Shown here: positions 28,789 through 37,890 of the stretch, in pieces
Numbering within the stretch: position 1 is the first letter of the stretch
Layout of the letters: every line of letters starts with the position of its first letter
DNA from: Gaiellaceae bacterium
GTDB taxonomy: Bacteria > Actinomycetota > Thermoleophilia > Gaiellales > Gaiellaceae
Assembly (NCBI GenBank): GCA_035310545.1
Contig: DATGEB010000037.1
Span: 5,370 to 69,369, forward strand
Reading direction: 5' to 3'
DNA length: 64,000 nucleotides
Made by a program: the position numbers and the translations under genes
The notes under the pieces: generated by a model
The model's input: only the letters and a program-made list of their open reading frames with translations
Database searches by the model: none
What the model was told of the DNA's origin: nothing

Positions 28789-29142
28789 CTAGAGCTGACC
28801 CGGGCCGTGCCGGGAGGCCATGCACTCGAGCGCCCAGCCGTTTGCTGCCAGGACGATCGTTTCCGCGAGCACGTCGGCTCCGGCGCCGGCGTGCTCACGC
28901 GGCACCTCGACGACCACCTGGTGCACGGACGCCTCGGCGTCGCCGCCGAACTCGTGCCGCTCCTCGGCCACGATCGCGAACTCCGGCGCGAGCTTTCGGA
29001 GCGCGAGGGCGAGCTCGTCGATCTCGGCCGGTGTCGCGTGCCGTCCGGCGAAGACGCCGAAGTTGACCCGCACCTCGATGCCGGGCTCCTCGTGCTCGCG
29101 CACCAGGAGCGAAATGGCGGGTTCGTCCACGAGCGGATTCAT
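28789..29142 (-). CDS. hypothetical protein
   Basis: 117-aa ORF with high GC3, last gene after the ABC-2 permease. I recognise no domain. Confidence 0.5.
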   Translation of the reverse strand: MNPLVDEPAISLLVREHEEPGIEVRVNFGVFAGRHATPAEIDELALALRKLAPEFAIVAEERHEFGGDAEASVHQVVVEVPREHAGAGADVLAETIVLAANGWALECMASRHGPGQL

Positions 29143-29172
29143 GCCCTGCCCCTTTCCGGCGGGGCGAACTCC

Positions 29173-29961
29173 TTAACTTCCGTGCGGCTCCCAGCGGAAC
29201 TTGAACGCCGTGAAGGCCAGGCCGGCGACGCCCCAGGCGCCGAGGACGGCGAGTGCTCCGGGCTGCGTCCAGAACCCCTGCCCGTGCAGGTAAACGGCGT
29301 TCACCAGCTCGATGAAGTACTTGAGCGGCAACACGTCCCCGATCGCGCGGAGGAAGGCGGGGTAGTGGCGCGTGGGGCCGAACGAGCCCGTCAGGAACGC
29401 CATCGGCAGAAGGATGAAGTTGACGACCGCCGACGATCCCTCCGCAGAGCGGATCACCGAGGCCGTCGCCGTGCCGAGCGCTGCGAAGGCGGCGGCGCCG
29501 ATCACGATCGTGGCGACGAGCGAGCCGATGTCCGAGGGGAACGGCGTGCTGTAGAAGGCGCGCCCGATCCCGAACAGCACGATCGTCTGCAGCGCGAAGA
29601 CGATCAACGTCGAGATGAGGAGCGCGCCGACATAGGTCGCGGGCGGGAGCGGAGTCGAACGGAGCCGCTTGAGGATCCCGTTCTCCCGCCTGATGACGAG
29701 CTGGATCGCAAGTCCCGCGAACGCGGTGTTCGCGCAGCCGTAGCCGACCAGTCCGGCGAGGAGCGCCTCCGCCGGCGGCACGCCGTAGATCTTCCCGGAG
29801 TAGACCGAGGCGAGCAGGACGTACAGCAGCAGCGGGAAGAGGAAGATGAAGAACGCCGCCTCGCGGCTCCGCCAGAAGACGAGCTGCTCGGAGCGGAGCT
29901 GGTGCACGAAGAGCCGCCGGGTCGGGCGGCGCCCCGCTATGCGGATCGCCTCGGCGCTCAC
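29173..29961 (-). CDS. ABC-2 type transporter permease
   Basis: 262 aa with about six TM helices. 4-nt overlap with the ATPase gene. Confidence 0.85.
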   Translation of the reverse strand: MSAEAIRIAGRRPTRRLFVHQLRSEQLVFWRSREAAFFIFLFPLLLYVLLASVYSGKIYGVPPAEALLAGLVGYGCANTAFAGLAIQLVIRRENGILKRLRSTPLPPATYVGALLISTLIVFALQTIVLFGIGRAFYSTPFPSDIGSLVATIVIGAAAFAALGTATASVIRSAEGSSAVVNFILLPMAFLTGSFGPTRHYPAFLRAIGDVLPLKYFIELVNAVYLHGQGFWTQPGALAVLGAWGVAGLAFTAFKFRWEPHGS

Positions 29962-30821
29962 GGCTCGACCTCTGCCGCGTCCGCCTCGGCGGTCAGCGCG
30001 AGGTAGACCTCCTCGAGAGACGGCCGGCGCACCTGCAGGCCCTCGAGCTCCTCGCCGCGCGCGACCGCCGCCGACGTGAGCTCCGCGAGAACCCGCGTCG
30101 GCTCGTCGGTTCGCACGAGCACCTCCTCACCGTCCTGCCGGTAGCGGATCTCGGTCTGCAGATCCGTCGTCGTGAGCTCGGCAGGCGTGCCGACGCGCAC
30201 GATCTGGCCCTCGCGTAGGACGGCGACGCGGTCGGAGAGCTGCTCGGCCTCGTCCAGGTAGTGCGTCGTGAGGAGGACGGTCTTGCCGAGCGCGCGAAGC
30301 GAGCGGATCATGTCCCACGCCGCGCGCCTCGCCTGCGGGTCGAAGCCGGTCGTCGGCTCGTCGAGGAAGACGAGATCGGGATCGCCGACGAGCGCGATGC
30401 CGAGGTCGAGCCGCCGCTTCTGGCCGCCCGACAACGTCTTCACGCGCGCGTTCGCCTTGTCCTGGAGGCCGACGAGCGCGATCGCTTCCTCCACGTTCCG
30501 CGGCGCGCGGTAGTAGCCGGCGAAGATCGCGTGGGTCTCTCGCACCGTCAGGTTCGGCCAGAGCTGCGACTGCTGCAGCACGACGCCGATTCGCTCGCGG
30601 AAGTCGGGCTCCGGGCGCTCGGGATCGCTCCCGAGGACGCGCACCTCGCCCGCGTCACGCCGGCGATAGCCCTCGAGGATCTCGACGGTCGTCGTCTTCC
30701 CTGCGCCGTTCGGCCCGAGCAGCCCGAAGACCTCGCCCTCCTCGATCGTGAAGTCGACTCCCCGGACCGCCTCGAGGTTCCCATAGGCCTTGCGCAGGCC
30801 GCTGACCTCGATCGCATGCAT
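29958..30821 (-). CDS. ABC transporter ATP-binding protein
   Basis: Starts at ATG 30821 (MHAIEVSGLRKAYG...). Contains Walker A GPNGAGKTT, the signature LSGGQKRR and Walker B LVFLDEPT. The upstream part of track ORF 29958..31616 is shadow. Confidence 0.9.
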   Translation of the reverse strand: MHAIEVSGLRKAYGNLEAVRGVDFTIEEGEVFGLLGPNGAGKTTTVEILEGYRRRDAGEVRVLGSDPERPEPDFRERIGVVLQQSQLWPNLTVRETHAIFAGYYRAPRNVEEAIALVGLQDKANARVKTLSGGQKRRLDLGIALVGDPDLVFLDEPTTGFDPQARRAAWDMIRSLRALGKTVLLTTHYLDEAEQLSDRVAVLREGQIVRVGTPAELTTTDLQTEIRYRQDGEEVLVRTDEPTRVLAELTSAAVARGEELEGLQVRRPSLEEVYLALTAEADAAEVEP

Positions 30822-30863
30822 CCGCGGAGAAGGGTAGACGGGACGCGGCGATACAGTCGCGGT

Positions 30864-31694
30864 GTGGGCGCCTGCCGCTACGTCGTCGCCGACGTCTTCA
30901 CCGACGTCCCGCTCGCCGGCAATCCCGTCGCGGTCTTCACCGACGCGCGCGGGATTCCCGAAGATCGACTGCAGCGGCTCGCGCGCGAGCTGAACCTCTC
31001 GGAGACCGTCTTCGTCTACACGCCGGACGGGGACGGCCACGTCCGGATCCGGATCTTCACCCCAACCGCCGAGCTGCCGTTCGCCGGCCACCCGATTCTG
31101 GGCACGGCGTTCGTCCTCGCCGGGCCGCTCCAACTCGACGAGCTTCGACTCGAAACCGGCGCCGGAGTCGTGCCCGTGCGCCTCGAGCGCGACGCCTCGC
31201 GCATCGCCTTCGGCTGGATGGCGCAGCCCGTACCGACCTGGGAGCCGTTCGAGCGCGCGCGCGAGTTGGTGACCATCCTCGGCTGCGCGACCGCCGACAT
31301 GCCGGTCGAGCTCTACCGGCAGGGCCCGGGTCACGTGTTCGTGGAGCTCGAGTCGGCGCAGGCGGTCGCTGCGCTTCGGCCCGACCTCGGCGCCCTCGCC
31401 CGGTTCATGGCCGAGGGGGCGGCGTGCTTCGCCCGCGACGGTGACACCTGGAAAGCCCGTGTCTTCGTTCCGGGCGTCGGCGTCCCGGAGGATCCCGCGA
31501 CCGGCTCGGCTGCCGGGCCGCTCGCACTCCACCTGGCGCGACACGGGCGGATCGCGTTCGGCGACGAGATCGTGATCCGCCAAGGGGCGGAGCTCGGCCG
31601 GCCGTCGACGCTGCACGCCGTTGCGCGCTCGCCGGAGGAGATCGAGGTCGGCGGTTCGGCGGTCGTCGTCGCGCGAGGCGAATTCCGGCTGTGA
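30864..31694 (+). CDS. PhzF family isomerase
   Basis: Starts at GTG 30864 (VGACRYVVADVFTDVPLAGNPVAVF...SETVF...FAGHPILGTA...EDPATGSAAG). Confidence 0.85.
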   Translation: MGACRYVVADVFTDVPLAGNPVAVFTDARGIPEDRLQRLARELNLSETVFVYTPDGDGHVRIRIFTPTAELPFAGHPILGTAFVLAGPLQLDELRLETGAGVVPVRLERDASRIAFGWMAQPVPTWEPFERARELVTILGCATADMPVELYRQGPGHVFVELESAQAVAALRPDLGALARFMAEGAACFARDGDTWKARVFVPGVGVPEDPATGSAAGPLALHLARHGRIAFGDEIVIRQGAELGRPSTLHAVARSPEEIEVGGSAVVVARGEFRL

Positions 31695-32113
31695 GACGCG
31701 CGGCCGGCGTCCTCGCGGGCGCGGTCCTCCTCCTGTGCGGGTGCGGCTCCTCGCACCGCGGCGCCGCTCCCGACACCACGGTTCGCTACGGCATCTACCC
31801 GGGCGCCACGGCCACGGTTCCGACGACGAACCCCGGGTCCGGCTCGTGCCACCAGGATGCGGCTGCGTTCGCCCGCGGCTCCGTCGAGTACCTCACCCAC
31901 TACGGTGCGCTCGCGGCGTCTCCGGCGGATCCGTACTACATGCTGCTCCGCCAACAGCTCGCCGACTTCCAGGCTCGGCGGTGCGATCCGCAACTGCTTG
32001 GCAGCGCGATCGAACGCCGTCTCTCCCGGTCGCAGCGACGGGCGCTGCTCGCGCATGCGTCGCGGCCGATGGCCGCTGCGCTACGCCAGGCGCTTGCTGC
32101 CGCGAACGGCTAG
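31691..32113 (+). CDS. putative lipoprotein, unknown function
   Basis: 140 aa with lipobox AVLLLCGC. 4-nt overlap with phzF. Confidence 0.6.
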   Translation: MRRAAGVLAGAVLLLCGCGSSHRGAAPDTTVRYGIYPGATATVPTTNPGSGSCHQDAAAFARGSVEYLTHYGALAASPADPYYMLLRQQLADFQARRCDPQLLGSAIERRLSRSQRRALLAHASRPMAAALRQALAAANG

Positions 32114-32119
32114 TGACCG

Positions 32120-32509
32120 CTAGTCGATCCAGGCGACCGAGCCGATGTCCGGCAGCTCGAACGGGAGCGAGCGCCAGAACACGCCGCCGTTGGCGGAGAC
32201 ATAGAGCCGGTTGCGCGCGGCGTAGAGCATCCGGTCGGGCTCGTTCTCGGCGATCGCCACCGCGAATCCCGGAGGTAGCCCGCCGCCGGCCTCGCGCCAC
32301 GTCGCTCCGCCGTCGTTCGAGAGCATGAGCGGCGGGCGGTGCTCGACCACCGCGACGACGGTGGCCCCGGCGCGTGCGGCGGCGACGACGCGCGGCAGTG
32401 AGACGTCGGGCCGCTCGGCCGCGGGCACCTCGGTCCCCTCGCCGAGCAGCGTCTCGTCCTCCACATCGACGAGGAAGACGCCCGCCACGGTGCCGACGGC
32501 GGCGATCAC
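32120..32509 (-). CDS. small protein with BNR/Asp-box-like repeats
   Basis: 129 aa with SNDGGATW and SANGGVFW (SxDxGxTW-like). 4-nt overlap with the PfkB kinase gene. Confidence 0.55.
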   Translation of the reverse strand: MIAAVGTVAGVFLVDVEDETLLGEGTEVPAAERPDVSLPRVVAAARAGATVVAVVEHRPPLMLSNDGGATWREAGGGLPPGFAVAIAENEPDRMLYAARNRLYVSANGGVFWRSLPFELPDIGSVAWID

Positions 32510-33327
32510 AGACGTGTCTTTCCTTGGAACAGACTGTTACCAAGGAGGGCTGAGACGAGCGCGCTTGCGCGGCGCGCGGCAGAGATCGGCCTGTGGCCGC
32601 CGGCTCGCGCGCCCAGGTAGGCGATCGAGAACGCGTCGCCCGCGCCGGTCGGATCTCCGCGGGTCGGCCTCGTCGTCACCCGCACTGCCGCGTCACGCGT
32701 CAGGACCAGCGAGCCGCCCGCACCGAAGGTGACGACGATCTCCGGAACGGCGAGCCCGCGCAGCTCCTCGAGCTCGTCGTCGCCGAGAATCGCCCGCGCC
32801 TCCTCCTCGGCGAGCTTGAGGATCGAGACGTGGCGGAGCTGTCCGCGGTCGAAGTCGTCGTCGAGCGTGAGCGGGCCGAGCCGGCGGGCGCGGACGAGAC
32901 CGTGGCCGTCGAGCAGCACGCGGCGCCGACAAGCGATCCGCTCGAGCGTCTCCGGCGGGAAGTCGTCGCGCAGCAGCGGCGCGACGTGCACCCACTCGAC
33001 CCGTCGCAGCAGGCGCTCGGGCTCGTCGGCTTCGCTCCACGGCTCCCCGATCGCGTCGACCCGCATCTCGCGATTGCCGTCGGCGTCGTAGCGGAAGGAG
33101 AACTCCGTGGTCTTGCCTTCTGCGGCGAGCGAGAACGGGAGGCCGAGCGCGGCCAACTGCCGGAGGTACGAGCCCCGCTCGGGCTCGCCGCACTTCGCGG
33201 CGACGATCGCGTCCTGGTGCATCGCGTGCAGCGCGCGTCCAGCGTGCCAAGGGCCACCGCCGATGCGCGAGCCGCGCCGGTCGACGACGTCACACGCCAG
33301 AGGGCCGATCACGGCGAGCGCTCGCAC
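32506..33327 (-). CDS. PfkB/ribokinase family kinase
   Basis: C-terminal signature GDPTGAGDAFSIAYL. The start GTG 33327 (VRALAVIGPLACDVV) is tentative; GTG 33312 is an alternative. It overlaps the end of the upstream permease gene. Confidence 0.8.
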   Translation of the reverse strand: MRALAVIGPLACDVVDRRGSRIGGGPWHAGRALHAMHQDAIVAAKCGEPERGSYLRQLAALGLPFSLAAEGKTTEFSFRYDADGNREMRVDAIGEPWSEADEPERLLRRVEWVHVAPLLRDDFPPETLERIACRRRVLLDGHGLVRARRLGPLTLDDDFDRGQLRHVSILKLAEEEARAILGDDELEELRGLAVPEIVVTFGAGGSLVLTRDAAVRVTTRPTRGDPTGAGDAFSIAYLGARAGGHRPISAARRASALVSALLGNSLFQGKTRL

Positions 33328-34606
33328 GACTCGCAAGCGTAAGCGCGACCGAGAGCACGAAGGAGAGACCAAAGCTCGGCAGCGAGCCGCCGAGCGCGCC
33401 ACGGCCGGGGCGCGTGTGGTCGACGAGATGGATCCAGGACGCGGGGCCGACGGGAGAGAGCCACTGGTAGAGACAGAAGCCCGCGAGCCAGGCGACGATC
33501 TGCGCGGGGCGAACCTCCGGAGCGACGAACGCATCGCGGCGGCCGGCGACCCACTGCGCGAGCAGCACGCCGAAGAGCGGCACGAAGAACGAGCCGAGCA
33601 GGTAGAGAAAGTCCTGGTAGTGCACCAGATCGACGACGAACGCGCCGGCGGTCGCGACGGCCGCGACGGCGAGGATGAGCAGCCGCTGCGGCACGCGCGG
33701 CAAGACGTTCTGGAGCGAGACTGCGGCCGAGTAGACGTTCGCGAACGGCTCCTTCGTCTCGTCGACGCCGAGGGCGACGAGCGCGAGCGCGGCTCCGATG
33801 CCCCCGGTCGCGATCGCGCTGATCACGGAGGGCGCATCCGCGAGCCCGCGTGAGAGCAACAGGATCGCGCCGAGCGCGTAGAGCCACACGTTCGGGAGGA
33901 AGTAGCCCACCGCCGCTCCCCAGAACGCACCGCGGCCGGTCCTCGAGAATCGCGTGTAGTCGGCGGCGAGAGGAAGCCACGAGACGGGCATCGCCACCAT
34001 CAGGTCGACGCCCTGCCAGAAGCTGAGCCCGCCCTTCCCCGGCCGCGACCACAGCGCGCCGAGGTGGGCGTCGTGCAGCGCCCACCACGTGAGGTAGGCG
34101 AGCGAGGCGAGCACGACCCAGAGTGCGACCCGCTTCACCCACTCGCGCACGAAGCCGATCGGCCCGACGAGCGCGAGGATCGTCGCAGCGGCGGCGGCCG
34201 CGAGCTTCCAGACCCAGAGCGGGCCGTGGACGAGCGCGCGCGCGGCGGTCGCGATCACGAGCACCTCGAAGATCGTCCAACCGAGGTTCTGGAGGACGTT
34301 GAGCCCGGTGGGGAGGTAGGAGCCGGCGCGGCCGAGCGGCGCGCGCAAGAGCACCATCGCCGGGACGCCGGCCTCGGCGCCGATCGCCGCCGCGCAGCCG
34401 AGCAGCGCGTTCCCGAAGATCCCGCCGACGAGAATCGCGAGGAGCGCCTCGGGCAGCGAGAGCGCGGGGACGAGGAACGCGCCGGCGACGAGCACGAGGA
34501 GGCTCAGCCCGAGGCTGCTCCACAGCATCCCGTTCTCGAGCGCGCCGAGGGTTCGCAGCCGGCCGGGGACGGGTGTGATGCCCCAGCTCGGCGTCCGCTC
34601 GCTCAT
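33290..34606 (-). CDS. NCS1 / purine-cytosine permease family transporter (CytX-like candidate)
   Basis: Starts at ATG 34606 (MSERTPSWGITPVP...), preceded by GGGAGG. About 12 TM helices. The upstream part of track ORF 33290..34975 is shadow. Confidence 0.85.
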   Translation of the reverse strand: MSERTPSWGITPVPGRLRTLGALENGMLWSSLGLSLLVLVAGAFLVPALSLPEALLAILVGGIFGNALLGCAAAIGAEAGVPAMVLLRAPLGRAGSYLPTGLNVLQNLGWTIFEVLVIATAARALVHGPLWVWKLAAAAAATILALVGPIGFVREWVKRVALWVVLASLAYLTWWALHDAHLGALWSRPGKGGLSFWQGVDLMVAMPVSWLPLAADYTRFSRTGRGAFWGAAVGYFLPNVWLYALGAILLLSRGLADAPSVISAIATGGIGAALALVALGVDETKEPFANVYSAAVSLQNVLPRVPQRLLILAVAAVATAGAFVVDLVHYQDFLYLLGSFFVPLFGVLLAQWVAGRRDAFVAPEVRPAQIVAWLAGFCLYQWLSPVGPASWIHLVDHTRPGRGALGGSLPSFGLSFVLSVALTLASRASARRDRPSGV

Positions 34607-34608
34607 CT

Positions 34609-34688
34609 GCCTCCCTTCGCCGGCATGACCCGGATCAGGTTCGACGGGTGTGATCTCAGCCGCTCTGGACGCGGCACCCCGGTGGTAC
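34609..34688 (-). promoter_or_regulatory. TPP (THI-box) riboswitch
   Basis: The minus strand reads ACCACCGGGGUGCCGCGUCCAGAGCGGCUGAGAUCACACCCGUCGAACCUGAUCCGGGUCAUGCCGGCGAAGGGAGG. This contains the GGGGUGC, GCUGAGA, ACCC, GAACCUGAUC and GCGAAGGGA core elements. The 3' P1 strand includes the SD of the permease gene. Confidence 0.85.
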
Positions 34689-34794
34689 GAGTGTACGGCT
34701 CGGCCCACACAAAGGACGCGGGCACGGTGGCGCATTCGATCGTCTTCGCGGACGGACACTGCTCCCTTCAGCTGGGACCGGGCGGATATGGCGG

Positions 34795-35097
34795 ATGCCC
34801 GGACGCCGCCGTGCATTCGCCGGCACGTTCCCGTACACGGTCGATGGAACCGTTCACGCGAGCATCGTGGTCGTCCCCGAGGGCCGGGCCATTTACCTCG
34901 TCGGCAAGAGCCACACGATCGAGCGAGGGGCTTCGCTGAACGTGCACGGGGAGCTCGACGTCCCGATCCTCTCACCGCCCGTGCCTCCCGCTCCGCAGCC
35001 GATCACGGACGCCGAGGCGACCTACCAGCCGGAGGGCGGGCGGTACTGGGATCGGGCCTGGAGCAAGTCCTTCCGGGTCGCCGTCCGGCCGCGCTGA
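34795..35097 (+). CDS. hypothetical protein
   Basis: 100-aa ORF with high GC3 and no recognisable domain. Divergent from the riboswitch operon. Confidence 0.35.
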   Translation: MPGRRRAFAGTFPYTVDGTVHASIVVVPEGRAIYLVGKSHTIERGASLNVHGELDVPILSPPVPPAPQPITDAEATYQPEGGRYWDRAWSKSFRVAVRPR

Positions 35098-35156
35098 GCC
35101 CGCGCGCGGCCCGGGATCCGGGCGCCTGCGCGAGGCGCCCGAGCGGGTCGAGAGCG

Positions 35157-35642
35157 TCAGCTGGTCACGAGCAATGACGTCAAGTAGTCCTCGAGCTTGT
35201 TGAAGCTGTCCTCCTGACCGTCGTTCTTGCTCATGTGCGCCCGGCCGGCCTCATCCGAGAACGCCAGTCTCGTCGTGAGCGTCGTCACGCCGTCCGTTTC
35301 GTGCAGCGCCGTCGTCTCCACGGCGTCCGCGTCCGGCCACGCTTCGAACAGCCACGTCGCGACCGTCCGGGTCGGCGCGTCGATCTCCAGGTACGTGCCG
35401 CGGAACGCGCACTCCCTCCCGTCGGGCGTCACGAAGACGATGCGGTAGTCGCCCCCGACGCGAAGGTCGATCGAGCATTCCGTCACCTTGTCCTGGAACG
35501 GGGCGAACCAGTTGCGCACGTGCTCCGGCTGCGTCAACACGTCCCAGACGAGCTGGAGCGGAGCGTCGAACTCGCGAGTCGTGAGGATCTCGAGGTCGTT
35601 CGGGTATTCGACGACCGACGATCCGTGGCGATTCTGTGTCAC
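35157..35642 (-). CDS. SRPBCC / AHSA1 (activator of Hsp90 ATPase-like) domain protein
   Basis: GTG 35642 overlaps the arsR stop (GTGA). Contains LEILTTREFDAPLQLVWDVLTQPEHVRNWF... Confidence 0.85.
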   Translation of the reverse strand: MTQNRHGSSVVEYPNDLEILTTREFDAPLQLVWDVLTQPEHVRNWFAPFQDKVTECSIDLRVGGDYRIVFVTPDGRECAFRGTYLEIDAPTRTVATWLFEAWPDADAVETTALHETDGVTTLTTRLAFSDEAGRAHMSKNDGQEDSFNKLEDYLTSLLVTS

Positions 35643-35980
35643 TGCGGCTCTCCTTTGCTCTGTAGTTCCGTGAGGTAGTCGTCCATCCGGCCGAGGCGCT
35701 CGGTCAGCGCCTGCTCGTACTTGGCGAGCCAGTCCTGGAACGGCTCGAGGCGCGCGGGCTCGAGGCTGTACAGCCGGCGCCGTCCGTCCGCGCGGCACCG
35801 GACGAGCCCGACTTCGCTGAGGACCCGGAGGTGCTTCGAGACCTGCGGCTGAGTGAGCGAGAGGTCGTCGACGATCGTCCCGACCGCCTTCTCGCCTGTG
35901 ATCAGCGAGTCGAGGATCTCGCGGCGGCGCGTCTCGGCGATCGCGTTGAAGACGTCCGCCGTTGCGGGGGAGCGGCCCAC
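35639..35980 (-). CDS. ArsR/SmtB family transcriptional regulator
   Basis: 113 aa with FNAIAETRRREILDSL...VGTIVDDLSLTQPQVSKHLRVLSEVGLV. Confidence 0.9.
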   Translation of the reverse strand: MGRSPATADVFNAIAETRRREILDSLITGEKAVGTIVDDLSLTQPQVSKHLRVLSEVGLVRCRADGRRRLYSLEPARLEPFQDWLAKYEQALTERLGRMDDYLTELQSKGEPQ

Positions 35981-35989
35981 ATCCTCAAT

Positions 35990-36009
35990 ATATGCCGGTA
36001 TCGGAATAT
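35990..36009. promoter_or_regulatory. imperfect 20-bp palindrome ATATGCCGGTATCGGAATAT, candidate ArsR operator
   Basis: The half-sites match at 8 of 10 positions. It fills the AT-rich 30-nt gap just upstream of arsR. Confidence 0.35.
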
Positions 36010-36010
36010 G

Positions 36011-36805
36011 TCAAGCGCGGCCATACCGCGCGGCGCGCGCGGCGGTTGCCGGAGCGACCCCTGCGTCCAGCAGCCGCTGTTGCGCTTCGCTCTCGCGCAG
36101 CACTCGAAGCAGCACCCAGACGAGTGTGGGAAGCATCGTGAACATGCTCTCGACCAGCATCACGCCGCCACCTGCCTTCTGGTCGGTCAGGCCGTAGCGG
36201 ATGTAGTACGGATGGCTCGACCAGATGAAGACCTGCGACAGGACGAGCATCACGAGCCAGATCACGAGGACGTAGGGGATCCTCCAGGGAGCGCGGAACC
36301 ACGCGGGGCCGGGGAGCGGCTCGATGAGCCCCGCCCAGAGCAGCATCCCGCACGCGACGAAGAGCGAGTGCTGGAGCGCGTGAATCGCAGCGTGGCGAAT
36401 GGCCGCGTCGAACAGCACGGGCAGGTGCCAGACGACGAAGTCCGCCGCCCACAGCGGTAGCGCGACGAGCGGGTGCGCGAGCACCCGCAGCCGGTGGACG
36501 AGACGCAGGCGCAGCAGCGGCCGAAGCAGCCGGCCGTCGAGGCCGAGCACGAGCAGCAGCGCGCCGACGTCTCCGAGCAGCAGGTGCTGGAGCATGTGCA
36601 CGGAGAAGAGGCGCTCCTCGCCGATCGTGTCGATGGGCGAGGCGAGCGCGACGAAGAGCGTGAGCAAGCCGGTGGCGAACGCGGCGACGCGTCGCCGCGC
36701 GACGGGCCGTCCGCGGCGTGACAGCGTTCTAGCTCGTCGCCAGTAGAGCGCGCCGGCGAGCGCGAGGACCGAGAGCTCGAGCGGGTCGAAGTTCCAGCCG
36801 TTCAT
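36011..36805 (-). CDS. ctaG: cytochrome c oxidase assembly factor CtaG (caa3-type)
   Basis: 264 aa polytopic protein with HMLQHLLLGD...HALQHSLF motifs. Confidence 0.85.
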   Translation of the reverse strand: MNGWNFDPLELSVLALAGALYWRRARTLSRRGRPVARRRVAAFATGLLTLFVALASPIDTIGEERLFSVHMLQHLLLGDVGALLLVLGLDGRLLRPLLRLRLVHRLRVLAHPLVALPLWAADFVVWHLPVLFDAAIRHAAIHALQHSLFVACGMLLWAGLIEPLPGPAWFRAPWRIPYVLVIWLVMLVLSQVFIWSSHPYYIRYGLTDQKAGGGVMLVESMFTMLPTLVWVLLRVLRESEAQQRLLDAGVAPATAARAARYGRA

Positions 36806-36835
36806 CGTGGCGTGGTGCGTTTGCGGGCGACACCC

Positions 36836-36847
36836 ACGGGTACCCGT
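36836..36847. promoter_or_regulatory. perfect 12-bp palindrome ACGGGTACCCGT
   Basis: Lies in the 50-nt divergent ctaG/ctaC region, 9 nt upstream of the ctaC TTG start. Confidence 0.3.
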
Positions 36848-36855
36848 TTGCCGAA

Positions 36856-37890
36856 TTGAGTACGCCTCGGGGGACGACGCGGCGCAGGGGAGTTGCAGCA
36901 GCTGCGCTGCTCCTGCCGATGTTGCTTGCAGGTTGCGGCGGCCGTCAGGACACGCTCGACCCGCACAGCCATCAGGCCGGCGACATCGCGAACCTCTTCT
37001 GGGTGATGATGGCCGTCTCGTTCGGCGGTCTCGCGCTCGTGACCGGCCTGCTCGTGTTCGCGTGGGTGCGCCGTCGGCGGCGCGGCATCGGCGGGGACAC
37101 CGAAGGTCCGCATCCGGGAGAGCGGACCGGATGGTTCGTCGTCGTCGGGATGGGCGTCGTCTTCCCGCTGACGGTGATCGTCGCGCTGTTCATCGTCAGC
37201 GACTGGGCGATCGTGAACATCACGCAAGCGCCGGCCGCGTCCAGCACGGCCATGACCGTCGAGGCCGTCGGTCACGAGTGGTACTGGTCGTTCAAGTATC
37301 CGGGGACGAAGGCGGTCACGGCCGACGAGCTGCACATTCCCGTCGACACGCGGGTGAACCTCGTTGCGACCACCGCGGACGTGATCCACAGCTTCTGGGT
37401 GCCGGAGTTGAACCGGAAGATCGACACGATCCCCGGCCAGCAGAACCGGATCCTCCTCTACGCGAATCAGACCGGCGTCTATCGCGGCCAGTGCGCCGAG
37501 TACTGCGGGCTCCAGCACGCGCACATGGGGATGCTCGTCTTCGCGCAACCGGAGGCGGAGTTCCGGAAGTGGCTGAAGCGGGAGGCCGCGCCGGCGGCGG
37601 CGCCGACGACCGCGCTCGAACGGCGCGGCGAGCGACTGTTCCTCGACGGCGCCTGCTCGAGCTGCCACGCGATCCGCGGCACGAGCGCGAAGGGCTACGT
37701 CGGACCCGACCTCACGCACCTCGGGAGCCGCACGACGCTCGCCGGCCTGACGATTCCGAACACGCCGAGCTACCTCGCCCGGTGGATCACCGCCCCCCAG
37801 CACTTCAAGCCGGGAAACCAGATGCCGGACCTCAACCTGCCTCCCGCGCAGGTCGGCGCGCTCGTCGCCTACCTGGAGTCGCTGAAGTGA
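36856..37890 (+). CDS. ctaC: cytochrome c oxidase subunit II with fused cytochrome c domain
   Basis: 344 aa with lipobox LLAGC, the CuA site HSFWVPE...CAEYCGLQHAHM, and C-terminal CSSCH heme c motif. Confidence 0.9.
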   Translation: MSTPRGTTRRRGVAAAALLLPMLLAGCGGRQDTLDPHSHQAGDIANLFWVMMAVSFGGLALVTGLLVFAWVRRRRRGIGGDTEGPHPGERTGWFVVVGMGVVFPLTVIVALFIVSDWAIVNITQAPAASSTAMTVEAVGHEWYWSFKYPGTKAVTADELHIPVDTRVNLVATTADVIHSFWVPELNRKIDTIPGQQNRILLYANQTGVYRGQCAEYCGLQHAHMGMLVFAQPEAEFRKWLKREAAPAAAPTTALERRGERLFLDGACSSCHAIRGTSAKGYVGPDLTHLGSRTTLAGLTIPNTPSYLARWITAPQHFKPGNQMPDLNLPPAQVGALVAYLESLK

